A stretch of DNA of 64,000 bases. It comes from Deferribacterales bacterium (GTDB lineage: Bacteria; Chrysiogenota; Deferribacteres; Deferribacterales; Geovibrionaceae). Shown here one piece after another: positions 10,086 through 19,109 of this stretch (position 1 is its first letter; every line of letters begins with the position of its first letter). The notes below the pieces were generated by a model. The model had not been told where the DNA came from. It saw only the letters and a program-made list of their open reading frames with translations, and did no database searches. The stretch lies in contig JBFWLW010000008.1 of assembly GCA_050251945.1 (NCBI GenBank), forward strand, positions 58,538-122,537, in the 5' to 3' direction. Both the position numbers and the translations under genes were made by a program.

Positions 10086-10898
10086 TCAGCGGACGATGGT
10101 GTAAGTAACCGTATTGTCCGCCCAGTCCGACGGGTCGAGCCTGTTCAGCCTGCGGACGAGATCACTTATCATGCCCGTTGATGACGCGCTGTAGGTTATG
10201 AACATCCCCTCCTGAAAACCGAGGGTCAGAAGGTCGTCCTTCTTTTTCGTGGCGATTATTTTAATCTTTTCCTCGGCGGACTTACCCTTAAACCCCGGCA
10301 GAAACTGCGCCGTCAGCACAATTCTGCACTCGTTGTCCGGATAGACGTAAGTCTTTCCCTTCTGCGCAAAATTATTTCTCTGAACGCTGTTCGGCAGAAG
10401 AAGCGTAACAGAACCGTCCGTAGCTATTGAAAACAGATAGACGTAGGCATCCTCTGTCACTCTGTAGCTTATGCTGACAATTTCCCCCTGTTTGACCTGC
10501 GACCTCGACATGGCAAGGTCAACTGCAAAACCATCGGTTTTCTCCGGCTGATACGGTTCCACAACAGCCTTTATCCTCACCGTATACTCGCTGTTGCTCC
10601 CATGGGCAAACCCCTGCGAAATAATGTCGTATTTCAGTATGCGCCCCTTCACCGACGCATAGATGAGGTCTTCGGCAAGCTGACTGTTCTGCACAAGGGT
10701 TCTGGACTTTATAAATATCCCGCACGCCGTTTCAAGTGCGTTTCTGCGGGCATCGTTCAGGGCGCGCATGGCTGTCTCCTTCATGGTGTCGGAATCTCCC
10801 ATGACAGAAACACCGTCCGCCTCAACGGTTATAGTGTTTTCCGCACTGTGAGCTGCAAATGCGGCAAAAAGCAGCATGAGAAAGAGAAATCTTTTCAT
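10086..10898 (-). CDS. Exported protein: FlgT-N/LPP20-like N-domain plus DUF4384-like domain
   Basis: Signal peptide; AL.DARRNALE..G segment; GE...I......DAYVYLFSI..DGSVTLLLPN pattern typical of DUF4384. Confidence 0.7.
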   Translation of the reverse strand: MKRFLFLMLLFAAFAAHSAENTITVEADGVSVMGDSDTMKETAMRALNDARRNALETACGIFIKSRTLVQNSQLAEDLIYASVKGRILKYDIISQGFAHGSNSEYTVRIKAVVEPYQPEKTDGFAVDLAMSRSQVKQGEIVSISYRVTEDAYVYLFSIATDGSVTLLLPNSVQRNNFAQKGKTYVYPDNECRIVLTAQFLPGFKGKSAEEKIKIIATKKKDDLLTLGFQEGMFITYSASSTGMISDLVRRLNRLDPSDWADNTVTYTIVR

Positions 10899-12946
10899 CA
10901 GTACAGTTCCCCGAAACTCTTGTCGTCAATCTTTCCTTTAAGAAAAGCATCCATAAGTTTGGATTTCACTGGCTTTTTCAGCTCATCCATGCCTTTGGAA
11001 AGCTGAGCGGAGTTAATAAGCCCCTTTTCAAAGAGCGCTTTCAGTTTATTTTTCCCTGTCTCTTCGTCCATCAGTCTGGATTTTTCCCAGTTGCGGCTGA
11101 CAGTGAAATCACCGTTGCCTATCACCTGCGGATCCTGCTGCTGCCCTTTAAGCCGGAAAGCAGCCTTCGCAACGTTATTCTTTATGTATTCCGATATGTC
11201 GTTTATGGTCACCCATACGCCGCTTCCGCCTTTCCCTGTGAGTCCTTCCTTAAAGAAATGGCTGAACAGACCGGATTTATACTCGCTGTCGTCCTCCCAC
11301 GACTGCTGGTTTGCAGCCGAAGAGGTTATTATCACTCTGCCGGAACCCACTGTCTTTATTATGTCAGGTGCCGCCATCATACCCACAATTGGCTTGCCGC
11401 CCTTTGCCACGATGGATTTTCCGCTGCCTGTGAAACATGCATCGAGCGCAACAAGAACTCCCTTCGCGTTGGAGTTATCCACCATATCCTCAATATAGCT
11501 GACCCTGACCGCAGTGTCCGACAGCGAATCGGGATCGGAAAGAACGCTGTCATAGGGTACGATGAGCGCATCCGTTACTTTTTCGCCGGATGTGACAGGC
11601 GCTCCGTGACCGGAAAAATAGACATACATGTATCCGTCCCATGTCCTTATTTTGCGCAATGCCGCAACTATGTTGTTGCGGGTGGCGTTTTCGTTGAGCA
11701 GAAGAACCGCGTTCTCTTTGGGGATGCCGCCGTATCTTCTGTCCGTCAGTATGTTATATACGTCCTGCGCATCCGCAGAGGCGTATTTCAGTGTCGGTAT
11801 ATCGCTGCGACCTTTATAGTCTATACCTATCACCACCGCATAAGCGTCTGTTCTGTAAGGCGGCAGTTCGCTCTCTGCCGTCTGTGGTTCAGCAGCCGGA
11901 ACTGGAACTGCGGCATAGGTCTGCTGAGCGGGCTTGCCTGCGTCCGCAGTTGAGCCGAGCACCACGTCAAAATATGAAGGGCGGGTTCCGCGGATAACGT
12001 ACAGAGTTATCTTTGCGGACGGAGCCTGAGAACCTATGAATGAAACGAAATTTTCAGCGGAGGTCACAGGCGTTCCGTTGACATCGGCGATGATGTCGCC
12101 CGTGTGTATTCCGGCAGTTTCCGCAGGACTATTCGGCATTACACCGACGACCTCAACGCCGGACAGACCTGCCCTGAACCGCGTATTCGACGTGACCAGC
12201 CTTGTTATCATAAGCTGTTTTTCCGCGCTTAGAGCCTGAATATTCACACCGAGATATCCGCCGTTCTGCTGCACTGTCTGCGCGGTCTGCACAGGAGCGG
12301 CATAGGTCGGGAGTGCGGACGCAACCACAACCGTCGGCTGTTTTTTGAGATTGGAGGCATACGCCCTAAGCTCGCCGGAGAGCGCTATCTCCTCGTTCAG
12401 TTTTTTAAAGCAGGCGTCCATGGCAGCAGAGAGTGCCTCCGCCATAAGTGTTTTATACGGAATGACCGGAGATACCACCGACCTGCTCTCTTTCACGCTT
12501 CTGGCTGTGGTCTCCCAGATGGTCATACGGTTTTTATCGGTTACGGTGGCTTTTACACCGAGGTTAACGCGGTATTTCATTCCGAATCCTGCGGCAACCT
12601 GTACTCCTTCGAATGAAAAGTCCTGAACGTCAGCAGATATCAGCGCATCCACGTTATCAGGAAAACTGCCCGGCGCAGCCGCTACAGCCGATGTGAACGC
12701 AACCGGGAAATACTTTTTCTCCATGATCCTAAGATGTTTTCCGGAGGGAATATTCTCTGTGGCGCTGCCTATGACATAGGACTTAACCAGATTCTCATCG
12801 GGCAGCACGATACCCACCCGCATATTCACCGTGTTCACCCTGTCGGGCACAGAACCTGCGTTCTCCACCATGGGGACGTCTATGACACTTGCGCAGCCTG
12901 ACAGCATAACCATTGATAATATAAAAAAATATCTGAGCGTTTTCAT
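10898..12946 (-). CDS. Lipoprotein with PDZ domain and caspase-like (peptidase C14) domain
   Basis: Lipobox LSGC; PDZ (GYLGV...NSPAETAGIHTGDII..VNG); caspase YAVVIGIDY, YFSGHG (His), LDACFTG (Cys), SSAANQQS, GLFSH. Confidence 0.9.
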   Translation of the reverse strand: MKTLRYFFILSMVMLSGCASVIDVPMVENAGSVPDRVNTVNMRVGIVLPDENLVKSYVIGSATENIPSGKHLRIMEKKYFPVAFTSAVAAAPGSFPDNVDALISADVQDFSFEGVQVAAGFGMKYRVNLGVKATVTDKNRMTIWETTARSVKESRSVVSPVIPYKTLMAEALSAAMDACFKKLNEEIALSGELRAYASNLKKQPTVVVASALPTYAAPVQTAQTVQQNGGYLGVNIQALSAEKQLMITRLVTSNTRFRAGLSGVEVVGVMPNSPAETAGIHTGDIIADVNGTPVTSAENFVSFIGSQAPSAKITLYVIRGTRPSYFDVVLGSTADAGKPAQQTYAAVPVPAAEPQTAESELPPYRTDAYAVVIGIDYKGRSDIPTLKYASADAQDVYNILTDRRYGGIPKENAVLLLNENATRNNIVAALRKIRTWDGYMYVYFSGHGAPVTSGEKVTDALIVPYDSVLSDPDSLSDTAVRVSYIEDMVDNSNAKGVLVALDACFTGSGKSIVAKGGKPIVGMMAAPDIIKTVGSGRVIITSSAANQQSWEDDSEYKSGLFSHFFKEGLTGKGGSGVWVTINDISEYIKNNVAKAAFRLKGQQQDPQVIGNGDFTVSRNWEKSRLMDEETGKNKLKALFEKGLINSAQLSKGMDELKKPVKSKLMDAFLKGKIDDKSFGELY

Positions 12947-13767
12947 CAGTAGAGTTCTCCGAATTTTTTAGCGTCAATCTTATCGCTAAGGAACGATTCC
13001 AGAAGTTTTGACCTATCGCCGCCAAGCTCGCCGATGGCTTTGGTGAGCTGTGCGGAATCTATATATCCGTGTTCAAAGGCGGCGCGCAGTCTGTCTTTTT
13101 CCGTTGCGCCGTCCGGAACGTAGGGTTCCGGTTCAGGGACTTTCTCACCGGACTGCCCCCTGAGATAATTGCTGACGGCGTAGGAATTGAGCATACTATC
13201 CAGCGCTTTCATGAAAGCATCACCGGCGGCGGCATACAATCCGGTGTTCCAGACCTCCTGCGCCTTTTTTGTGTCGGTACAGCTGTATTCGACGTTGGAT
13301 ATGGACGAAACCGTGTCGGAGCGGTAAAGTTCGCGTCCGCTATTATCCATGAAGTGGGTGCGGAGGTTCAGTCTGGGTGTTACGCCGCAGGTGTTGAAAC
13401 CTCTGACTGTCGTATTGAAATCGAAATCGTGAAGCTCAACGGAGATTATTAGCCCTTTGTCCGAATTTGGTGACTGTAAAACCTCCGTTTCGGTGAAATA
13501 CTGCGGCAAAATATCTTTCGCAGCCTTATTTATCTGTTTAGCTATAGGCATGACCATAAGCTGCTTAACACCGGAACCGTTGTCTTCCAGCTTCTGCGAA
13601 GGGTTGTTCTCATCCATCGGCAGATACGCAGCCTTAACGTACATCTTCTGCATAGCGTGCGCGGCAGGAAGTTTGGATGCGGACACATCCTGATAGGGCA
13701 CTTCGTATCTGAAAGTACATGCGGAAATGACAAATGATACTAATAGAAAAGCGAAAATACGGAACAT
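12946..13767 (-). CDS. Lipoprotein paralogous to the N- and C-terminal domains of the adjacent caspase
   Basis: Lipobox ISAC; the last ~50 aa align with the caspase C-terminus and both end FGELY; TGATG coupling. Confidence 0.8.
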   Translation of the reverse strand: MFRIFAFLLVSFVISACTFRYEVPYQDVSASKLPAAHAMQKMYVKAAYLPMDENNPSQKLEDNGSGVKQLMVMPIAKQINKAAKDILPQYFTETEVLQSPNSDKGLIISVELHDFDFNTTVRGFNTCGVTPRLNLRTHFMDNSGRELYRSDTVSSISNVEYSCTDTKKAQEVWNTGLYAAAGDAFMKALDSMLNSYAVSNYLRGQSGEKVPEPEPYVPDGATEKDRLRAAFEHGYIDSAQLTKAIGELGGDRSKLLESFLSDKIDAKKFGELY

Positions 13768-13870
13768 TTCCCACCTATGTTTGTTTATTTATCTGATTGT
13801 ACCGCTGACTGTTTAAGAAATAAAGGGGTAGTTTTTATTAATGAGGTGGCTTCGAAAGAACTTAAATCTT

Positions 13871-14037
13871 CCGTCTTCGCAAGGGCTGTTCGCCTGACGC
13901 AACCTGAACCTTTCAGATTGCTTCGTCATTTCATTCCTCGCAAAGACGGAATAAAAATCACGTCTCTGCGAACCCCATAGGGGTGAAGCAGTCTCGTCTT
14001 TTTTCCATACGACATAACATATGAAAAATGCTCTAGA
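13871..14037. repeat. Cluster of three CGTC-type REP-like units in alternating orientation, ending in a TGCTCTA tail
   Basis: 13961-14037 is a close reverse-complement match to 20107-20180. Similar units occur at 32675 and 43315. Confidence 0.75.
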
Positions 14038-14276
14038 ACCAAGTAGTTCAGGGAAGATTTTGTGTTGCGAGCGAACAAAAGCTGACGACGAAATACGACG
14101 GTTATAAAAACCGATATTGTGTCGGCGATCAGATGCAAGCAGTACTGAGTGACCTGTCGGTTTTTAGAACCGAGCAGTTCGAGAAAGATTTTGCGAGGCG
14201 AGCAAAAGCGTACGTACTCTGTACGTGTTGCGAACGAACAAAAGCTGACGAAGAAATACGAAGGTTATAAAAAGCG
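14034..14276. repeat. Two direct copies of a TAGAACC...GGTTATA element separated by an inverted-repeat spacer
   Basis: Copy 1 at 14034-14113 and copy 2 at 14165-14276 share TGTTGCGA.CGAACAAAAGCTGACGA.GAAATACGA.GGTTATAAAAA. Copy 2 has a ~30-nt insert. The spacer is bounded by AAAAACCGA/TCGGTTTTT. Confidence 0.75.
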
Positions 14277-14277
14277 G

Positions 14278-15486
14278 CTAAGTGGGCATGCTGGAGATTA
14301 GGGTGAAAATGGGCCCCATCAGCCCTATCATTATGACCAGCATGAACAACCCCACAACCCCTATGACTATAGGCTCTATCATCTTGGAAATGTTCTGCGC
14401 TATGGTATCGACTTTATAGTAATAGTATTCAGCTACGTTGCCCAGCTGATTGTCAAGGTTTCCGGTCTGCTCCCCTATCCCCACCATTCTGGTGATTATC
14501 TTCGGATACATCTTCTGTTCCGCCAGAGCGGATGAAAACGACCGTCCGCCTGCTATCATATCCCTCGCCGCGGCTATCGAACGCTTGTAAACAAGGTTTG
14601 GAAGGCTCTCTTCCATTATGTTCAGCGCGGAATAAAGCGGCAGTCCGGCGGATATCATAAGTCTGATATATTCGGCAATAAAGGCATAGTTATAATTTTT
14701 GACTATCATCCCGAAGACCGGCAGACGCGTGATTATCCTGTCGGTGACAAACCTGTATTCCTCAACCTTTCTGCGCAGGATGCCGTTCAGGGTGATAACC
14801 CCGAAAACAACCAGCGCCACCAGAATTATGTAGTTTTCCAGAAATCCGGAAAGACCCATTATGAATCTGGTGGTGGGCGGAAGCTCTATGTTGAACGATT
14901 TGAACGCCTCTATCATTTTCGGCATGACAACCACAAGCCAGAAAACCATCACGCCTATCATGGCGACGAAAGCGAACGAAGGGTAGATAAGTGCCGATTT
15001 TGTTTTTGTTTTAAGGTCTGATATTTTTTTAAGGTGCTCGGCGGCATTCTTAAGGGTGTTGTCCAGCTGTCCCGTCTCCTCGCCGATACGCACAAGGTTC
15101 ACCACCATTCCGGTAAAGACCTTTTCATATTTTGACATGGCGCGGGAAAATGTCATTCCAGTCTGTATGCGGTAGCTCATATCATTCAGCATATCTGCCA
15201 CGGCTGGGTTTTCGCTGTCCGCAGCAAGATCCATCAGACCGGAGTTAACAGGCAGACCGGATTTCACAATCATATGGAGGTTGTCGATTACCTCCACTAT
15301 TTCGGATGTCTGTATCTTCTTCTTTCTGTTCAGAAATCTTGCGTACGAAGGGAGTTTGGCAACCCCGATGACGTTTGAGCCGAAACTTAAGACATAGCCG
15401 TTTATGTCGGCATCGCTTTCGACCTCAATTATTTTTGACGTAATCCTGCCTGTATGGTCAAGCAGTCTTATCCTGTAGACCTGCAT
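14278..15486 (-). CDS. pilC: Type IV pilus/T2SS inner-membrane platform (PilC/GspF/MshG)
   Basis: Two GEETG.LD / GEQTG.LD repeats, SALIYP, MIEP. Confidence 0.9.
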   Translation of the reverse strand: MQVYRIRLLDHTGRITSKIIEVESDADINGYVLSFGSNVIGVAKLPSYARFLNRKKKIQTSEIVEVIDNLHMIVKSGLPVNSGLMDLAADSENPAVADMLNDMSYRIQTGMTFSRAMSKYEKVFTGMVVNLVRIGEETGQLDNTLKNAAEHLKKISDLKTKTKSALIYPSFAFVAMIGVMVFWLVVVMPKMIEAFKSFNIELPPTTRFIMGLSGFLENYIILVALVVFGVITLNGILRRKVEEYRFVTDRIITRLPVFGMIVKNYNYAFIAEYIRLMISAGLPLYSALNIMEESLPNLVYKRSIAAARDMIAGGRSFSSALAEQKMYPKIITRMVGIGEQTGNLDNQLGNVAEYYYYKVDTIAQNISKMIEPIVIGVVGLFMLVIMIGLMGPIFTLISSMPT

Positions 15487-17156
15487 TAAAGTGCGACCCT
15501 CAGAATCTCTTCGGGAGTAGTGATGCCTTTCATCATCTTAAGCAGCCCCGCTTCAAGTATAGGTATCATACCGGATTCAACAGCCTTGGTGTATATCTTA
15601 AGTGGTGAAGCGCCGGATACTATAAGGTCTCCCACTTCGTCGGTTATCTCCAGCAGTTCGCTTATGACCCCCCTGCCGGAATATCCAGTACCTTTGCACA
15701 TCTCACATCCGTCTCCGCGCATATATTTAACGTCGTAATCAGGGGAGATGCCGTTTCGTGCCAGCATCTCTTCGGGGATCCCCATCTTGATAAGCTCGGA
15801 ACCCTTTATCACAGCCTCTTTGCGGCAGAAGATGCAGACCTTGCGAACCAGTCTCTGGGCAAGTATCCCGCCCACGCCTGACGCTATCATGTAATCTTTT
15901 ATATTCATCTCAAGCAGTCTAGGGATAGCAGTTACCGCATCGTTTGTGTGCAGTGTTGAAAGCACAAGGTGACCTGTTATAGCGGCGCGCATAGCCATTT
16001 CGGCTGTCTCTTCGTCGCGCATCTCGCCCAGGAGGATAACGTCGGGATCCTGACGCAGAAACGCACGCATGGCGCGGGCGAACGTATAGCCCGCCTTTTC
16101 GTTTACCTGCGTCTGCTTGATGAAAGGGAATTTGTATTCTATTGGGTCTTCCGCCGTGAGCACTTTTCTTTGCAGGGAATTTATCTTACGCAGTGATGCG
16201 TACAGCGTGGTAGTCTTACCGGAACCTGTGGGTCCTGTGACCAGCAGGATGCCGTGGGGACGGGCAAGCTGTTTTTCAAGTCTTATCTGAGTGGACTTTT
16301 CAAAGCCGAGGCTGTCGAGGTTGAACAGCGAAACGTTCTTGCTGAGAATCCTCATAACAATGCCCTCGCCGTGTATGGTCGGGATGGAGGACACCCTTAT
16401 ATCGAAGTTCTCATCGAAAAAAGTATGGCTCATGGAGCCGTCCTGCGGAAGTCGCTGTTCGGCAATATCCATGTTCGACAATATCTTTATCCGCGAAGAG
16501 AGAGCCATGTGCATTTCGCTCTGGAAAACGTAAAAATGGCGGAGTATGCCGTCCACCCTGAAAAAAACATGTGTCGCCATGCTCTCCGGAGATATGTGGA
16601 CGTCGGTTGCGCGGGTTATGATGGCGCTGTTAAGAATATGCTCCAGAAGCTGCGGAATCTCCGCAGACGAGCCTGACGAGGAATAGCGTTTCACTATTCT
16701 GTCAATCTCTTCATCTATGGGTTTTTCCAGAAGGAAATAATTAATCTCTATATTTTTAAGAATTGAATCCCTGTCGCAGACGTATATATCGACCTCTTTT
16801 CCCGCCTTTCTTTTAAGGATGTCGATGGTATTGATATTGAACGGGTCGGCGACTGCGACAACAAGTTTTTCGGGTCTGTTCTCAAGTGGTATTATCTCAA
16901 GCTGTTTTGCCACGCTTTTGTCGAAGAGGCGCAGCGCGTCCTTTGACGGCGGGTGTTCGCTGATGTCCATGTAGGGTTTGCCGGACTGTTTCGCAACGAC
17001 GAGAGCTATCTCTCTGGGCGAAACGAAGGAAAGTTCTATGAGTATCTCGCCGAGCAGCCTGTCTCTGATCTTTTTAACATCCAGTGCGACCTGAATCTGC
17101 TCTTCCGTAACATATCCCAGCTCTTTAAGGAGCTGCCCCACTGTTTTTTTAGACAT
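15486..17156 (-). CDS. pilB: Pilus assembly ATPase (PilB/GspE/MshE) with MshEN-like N-terminus
   Basis: GPTGSGKTT, EDPIEY, LRQDPD, GEMRD, STLHTND, Zn CxxC pairs; N-terminal VGQLL..LG / RLLGEIL. Confidence 0.92.
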   Translation of the reverse strand: MSKKTVGQLLKELGYVTEEQIQVALDVKKIRDRLLGEILIELSFVSPREIALVVAKQSGKPYMDISEHPPSKDALRLFDKSVAKQLEIIPLENRPEKLVVAVADPFNINTIDILKRKAGKEVDIYVCDRDSILKNIEINYFLLEKPIDEEIDRIVKRYSSSGSSAEIPQLLEHILNSAIITRATDVHISPESMATHVFFRVDGILRHFYVFQSEMHMALSSRIKILSNMDIAEQRLPQDGSMSHTFFDENFDIRVSSIPTIHGEGIVMRILSKNVSLFNLDSLGFEKSTQIRLEKQLARPHGILLVTGPTGSGKTTTLYASLRKINSLQRKVLTAEDPIEYKFPFIKQTQVNEKAGYTFARAMRAFLRQDPDVILLGEMRDEETAEMAMRAAITGHLVLSTLHTNDAVTAIPRLLEMNIKDYMIASGVGGILAQRLVRKVCIFCRKEAVIKGSELIKMGIPEEMLARNGISPDYDVKYMRGDGCEMCKGTGYSGRGVISELLEITDEVGDLIVSGASPLKIYTKAVESGMIPILEAGLLKMMKGITTPEEILRVAL

Positions 17157-17286
17157 GTTCAACCCTCGGATAATAGGTCATAAAAATTTATTTCTTCACA
17201 CGCGCATCGATATAGAATATGATTAGCGCTGGTATCCACAGCCGGATTATGTTATAGATTTTTCTTTTTATCAAGGAGAGATAAAA

Positions 17287-19002
17287 ATGAGATACAGCAG
17301 ATTTTTCATCCCCACCCTGCGCGAGGTTCCCGCAGAGGCGGAGGTTGTAAGCCATAAACTGATGCTCAGGGCGGGCATGATAAAAAAGCTGGCGTCGGGG
17401 GTTTATAACTATCTGCCGCTCGGGCTTATCGTCATCCGCAAGGTTGAGGACATAGTACGCAGATGCATGAACGAAGCTGGAGCAATTGAGCTTTTGATGC
17501 CCTCCGTTCAGCCCGCAGAACTCTGGAAAGAATCAGGACGATGGAACTATTACGGCAAAGAGCTTCTGCGCATCAAAGACCGCCACGACAGAGAATTCTG
17601 TTACGGTCCCACCCACGAAGAGGTAATCACCGACGTGGTGCGCAGCTTCATCAGCTCATACAAAAACCTGCCTATCAATCTTTATCAGATACAGACAAAA
17701 TTCCGCGACGAGGTTCGACCCCGTTTCGGTCTCATGCGCGGACGCGAATTCGTTATGAAGGATGCATACTCGTTCGATATGGACGATGCGGGCGCGAACA
17801 CCAGCTATGAAAACATGCGTCAGGCATACTGCCGCATTTTCGAGGCGTGCGGACTTAAATATAAAGTCGTCGATGCTGACACAGGCTCCATCGGCGGTTC
17901 ATTCTCACACGAATTCATGGTTCTTGCCGACACAGGCGAGGACTTCGTTATAAGCTGTGATTCATGCGACTATTCGGCAAACCTTGAAAAAGCCGTATGC
18001 GTCGATGAATATACAAAACCTTCGGACGAGCTTAAGCCGTCCGAAGACGTCGACACCCCAAAGGCAAAAACAGTCGAAGAGGTTGCGGCGTTCCTTAACC
18101 TCCCCTCGTCTTCCATAGCCAAAACAATGATCGTCCGCGTTGACGATAAGCTCGTCGGCATCATGGTGCGCGGCGACCACGAAATGAACATGGCGAAGGT
18201 GAAAAACTATTTCAGCGCAACCACGGTTGAGCTTGCAAGCCACGAAGAGATAGAAGAAGCCACCGGCGGTCCAATGGGCTTTTCCGGCCCCGTCGGCATG
18301 AAGGTTCCCGTTTACGGCGATTTTGCCGTTGCCTCAATGGTTAACTACTGCGTGGGTGCAAACCTGAAAGAGAAGCACACACTGAATGTCAACCACGGCA
18401 GAGATTTTGACTTTGCAGACATTGACGACTTCCGCAACGCAAACCCAGGCGACAGATGCTGTAAATGCGGCGGAAAATACGTTATTACAAAAGGTATCGA
18501 GGTCGGGCACATCTTCAAACTCGGTACAAAATACTCCGCATCAATGAACGCCACTTTCCTTGACAAAGAAGGCAAAAGACAGCCTTTCATCATGGGATGC
18601 TACGGAATAGGCGTAACCCGCGTAGCCGCATCGGCCATTGAACAGAACCACGACGAGAAAGGCATCGTATGGCCCGTTCAGCTGGCACCCTTTAAGGTCT
18701 GCGTGGTTCCTCTCGCTGTCAAAGACGAAGAGGTTATGAAAAATGCGGAAGCAATATACAATATTCTGAACCGGATGGGGCTTGAACCCATCATAGATGA
18801 CAGGGACGAACGCGCAGGCGTTAAATTCAACGACGCTGAGCTTATCGGCATTCCGGTGCGCATCACAATTGGAAAGAAAACTCTGGAAAAGGGATGCGTT
18901 GAGATCACTGTCAGAAAGACCGGAATAACGGAAGAAATATCCGTTGAGAATTGCACGGAACGTGCAGCGGCAATAATACAGGAATTGTCACAAAACTGTT
19001 AA
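17287..19002 (+). CDS. proS: Proline--tRNA ligase, bacterial type with editing domain
   Basis: GPTHEE, FRDEVRPRFGLMRGREF, GIEVGHIF, MGCYGIG. Confidence 0.97.
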   Translation: MRYSRFFIPTLREVPAEAEVVSHKLMLRAGMIKKLASGVYNYLPLGLIVIRKVEDIVRRCMNEAGAIELLMPSVQPAELWKESGRWNYYGKELLRIKDRHDREFCYGPTHEEVITDVVRSFISSYKNLPINLYQIQTKFRDEVRPRFGLMRGREFVMKDAYSFDMDDAGANTSYENMRQAYCRIFEACGLKYKVVDADTGSIGGSFSHEFMVLADTGEDFVISCDSCDYSANLEKAVCVDEYTKPSDELKPSEDVDTPKAKTVEEVAAFLNLPSSSIAKTMIVRVDDKLVGIMVRGDHEMNMAKVKNYFSATTVELASHEEIEEATGGPMGFSGPVGMKVPVYGDFAVASMVNYCVGANLKEKHTLNVNHGRDFDFADIDDFRNANPGDRCCKCGGKYVITKGIEVGHIFKLGTKYSASMNATFLDKEGKRQPFIMGCYGIGVTRVAASAIEQNHDEKGIVWPVQLAPFKVCVVPLAVKDEEVMKNAEAIYNILNRMGLEPIIDDRDERAGVKFNDAELIGIPVRITIGKKTLEKGCVEITVRKTGITEEISVENCTERAAAIIQELSQNC

Positions 19003-19109
19003 TAAAAGCACAGCAATGATTTACGCCTGAACAGCCTATGTCGGATAATATCTTGATATAATCGGCAGTTTCGGGTAAAATTGATAATTAAATTTTTAAC
19101 GGAGGCGGA

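Noticed and set aside
13777..14138. 67-aa and 70-aa ORFs in the repeat cluster (also 20097-20360 and 32462-32818)
   Set aside because: They run through palindromic repeats and lack an RBS or protein-like features.
14034..14276. Possible CRISPR array
   Set aside because: Only two long, unequal repeats; no regular repeat-spacer period; no cas genes in the window.
17163..17286. Possible T-box upstream of proS
   Set aside because: Region is too short and has no T-box consensus or terminator.
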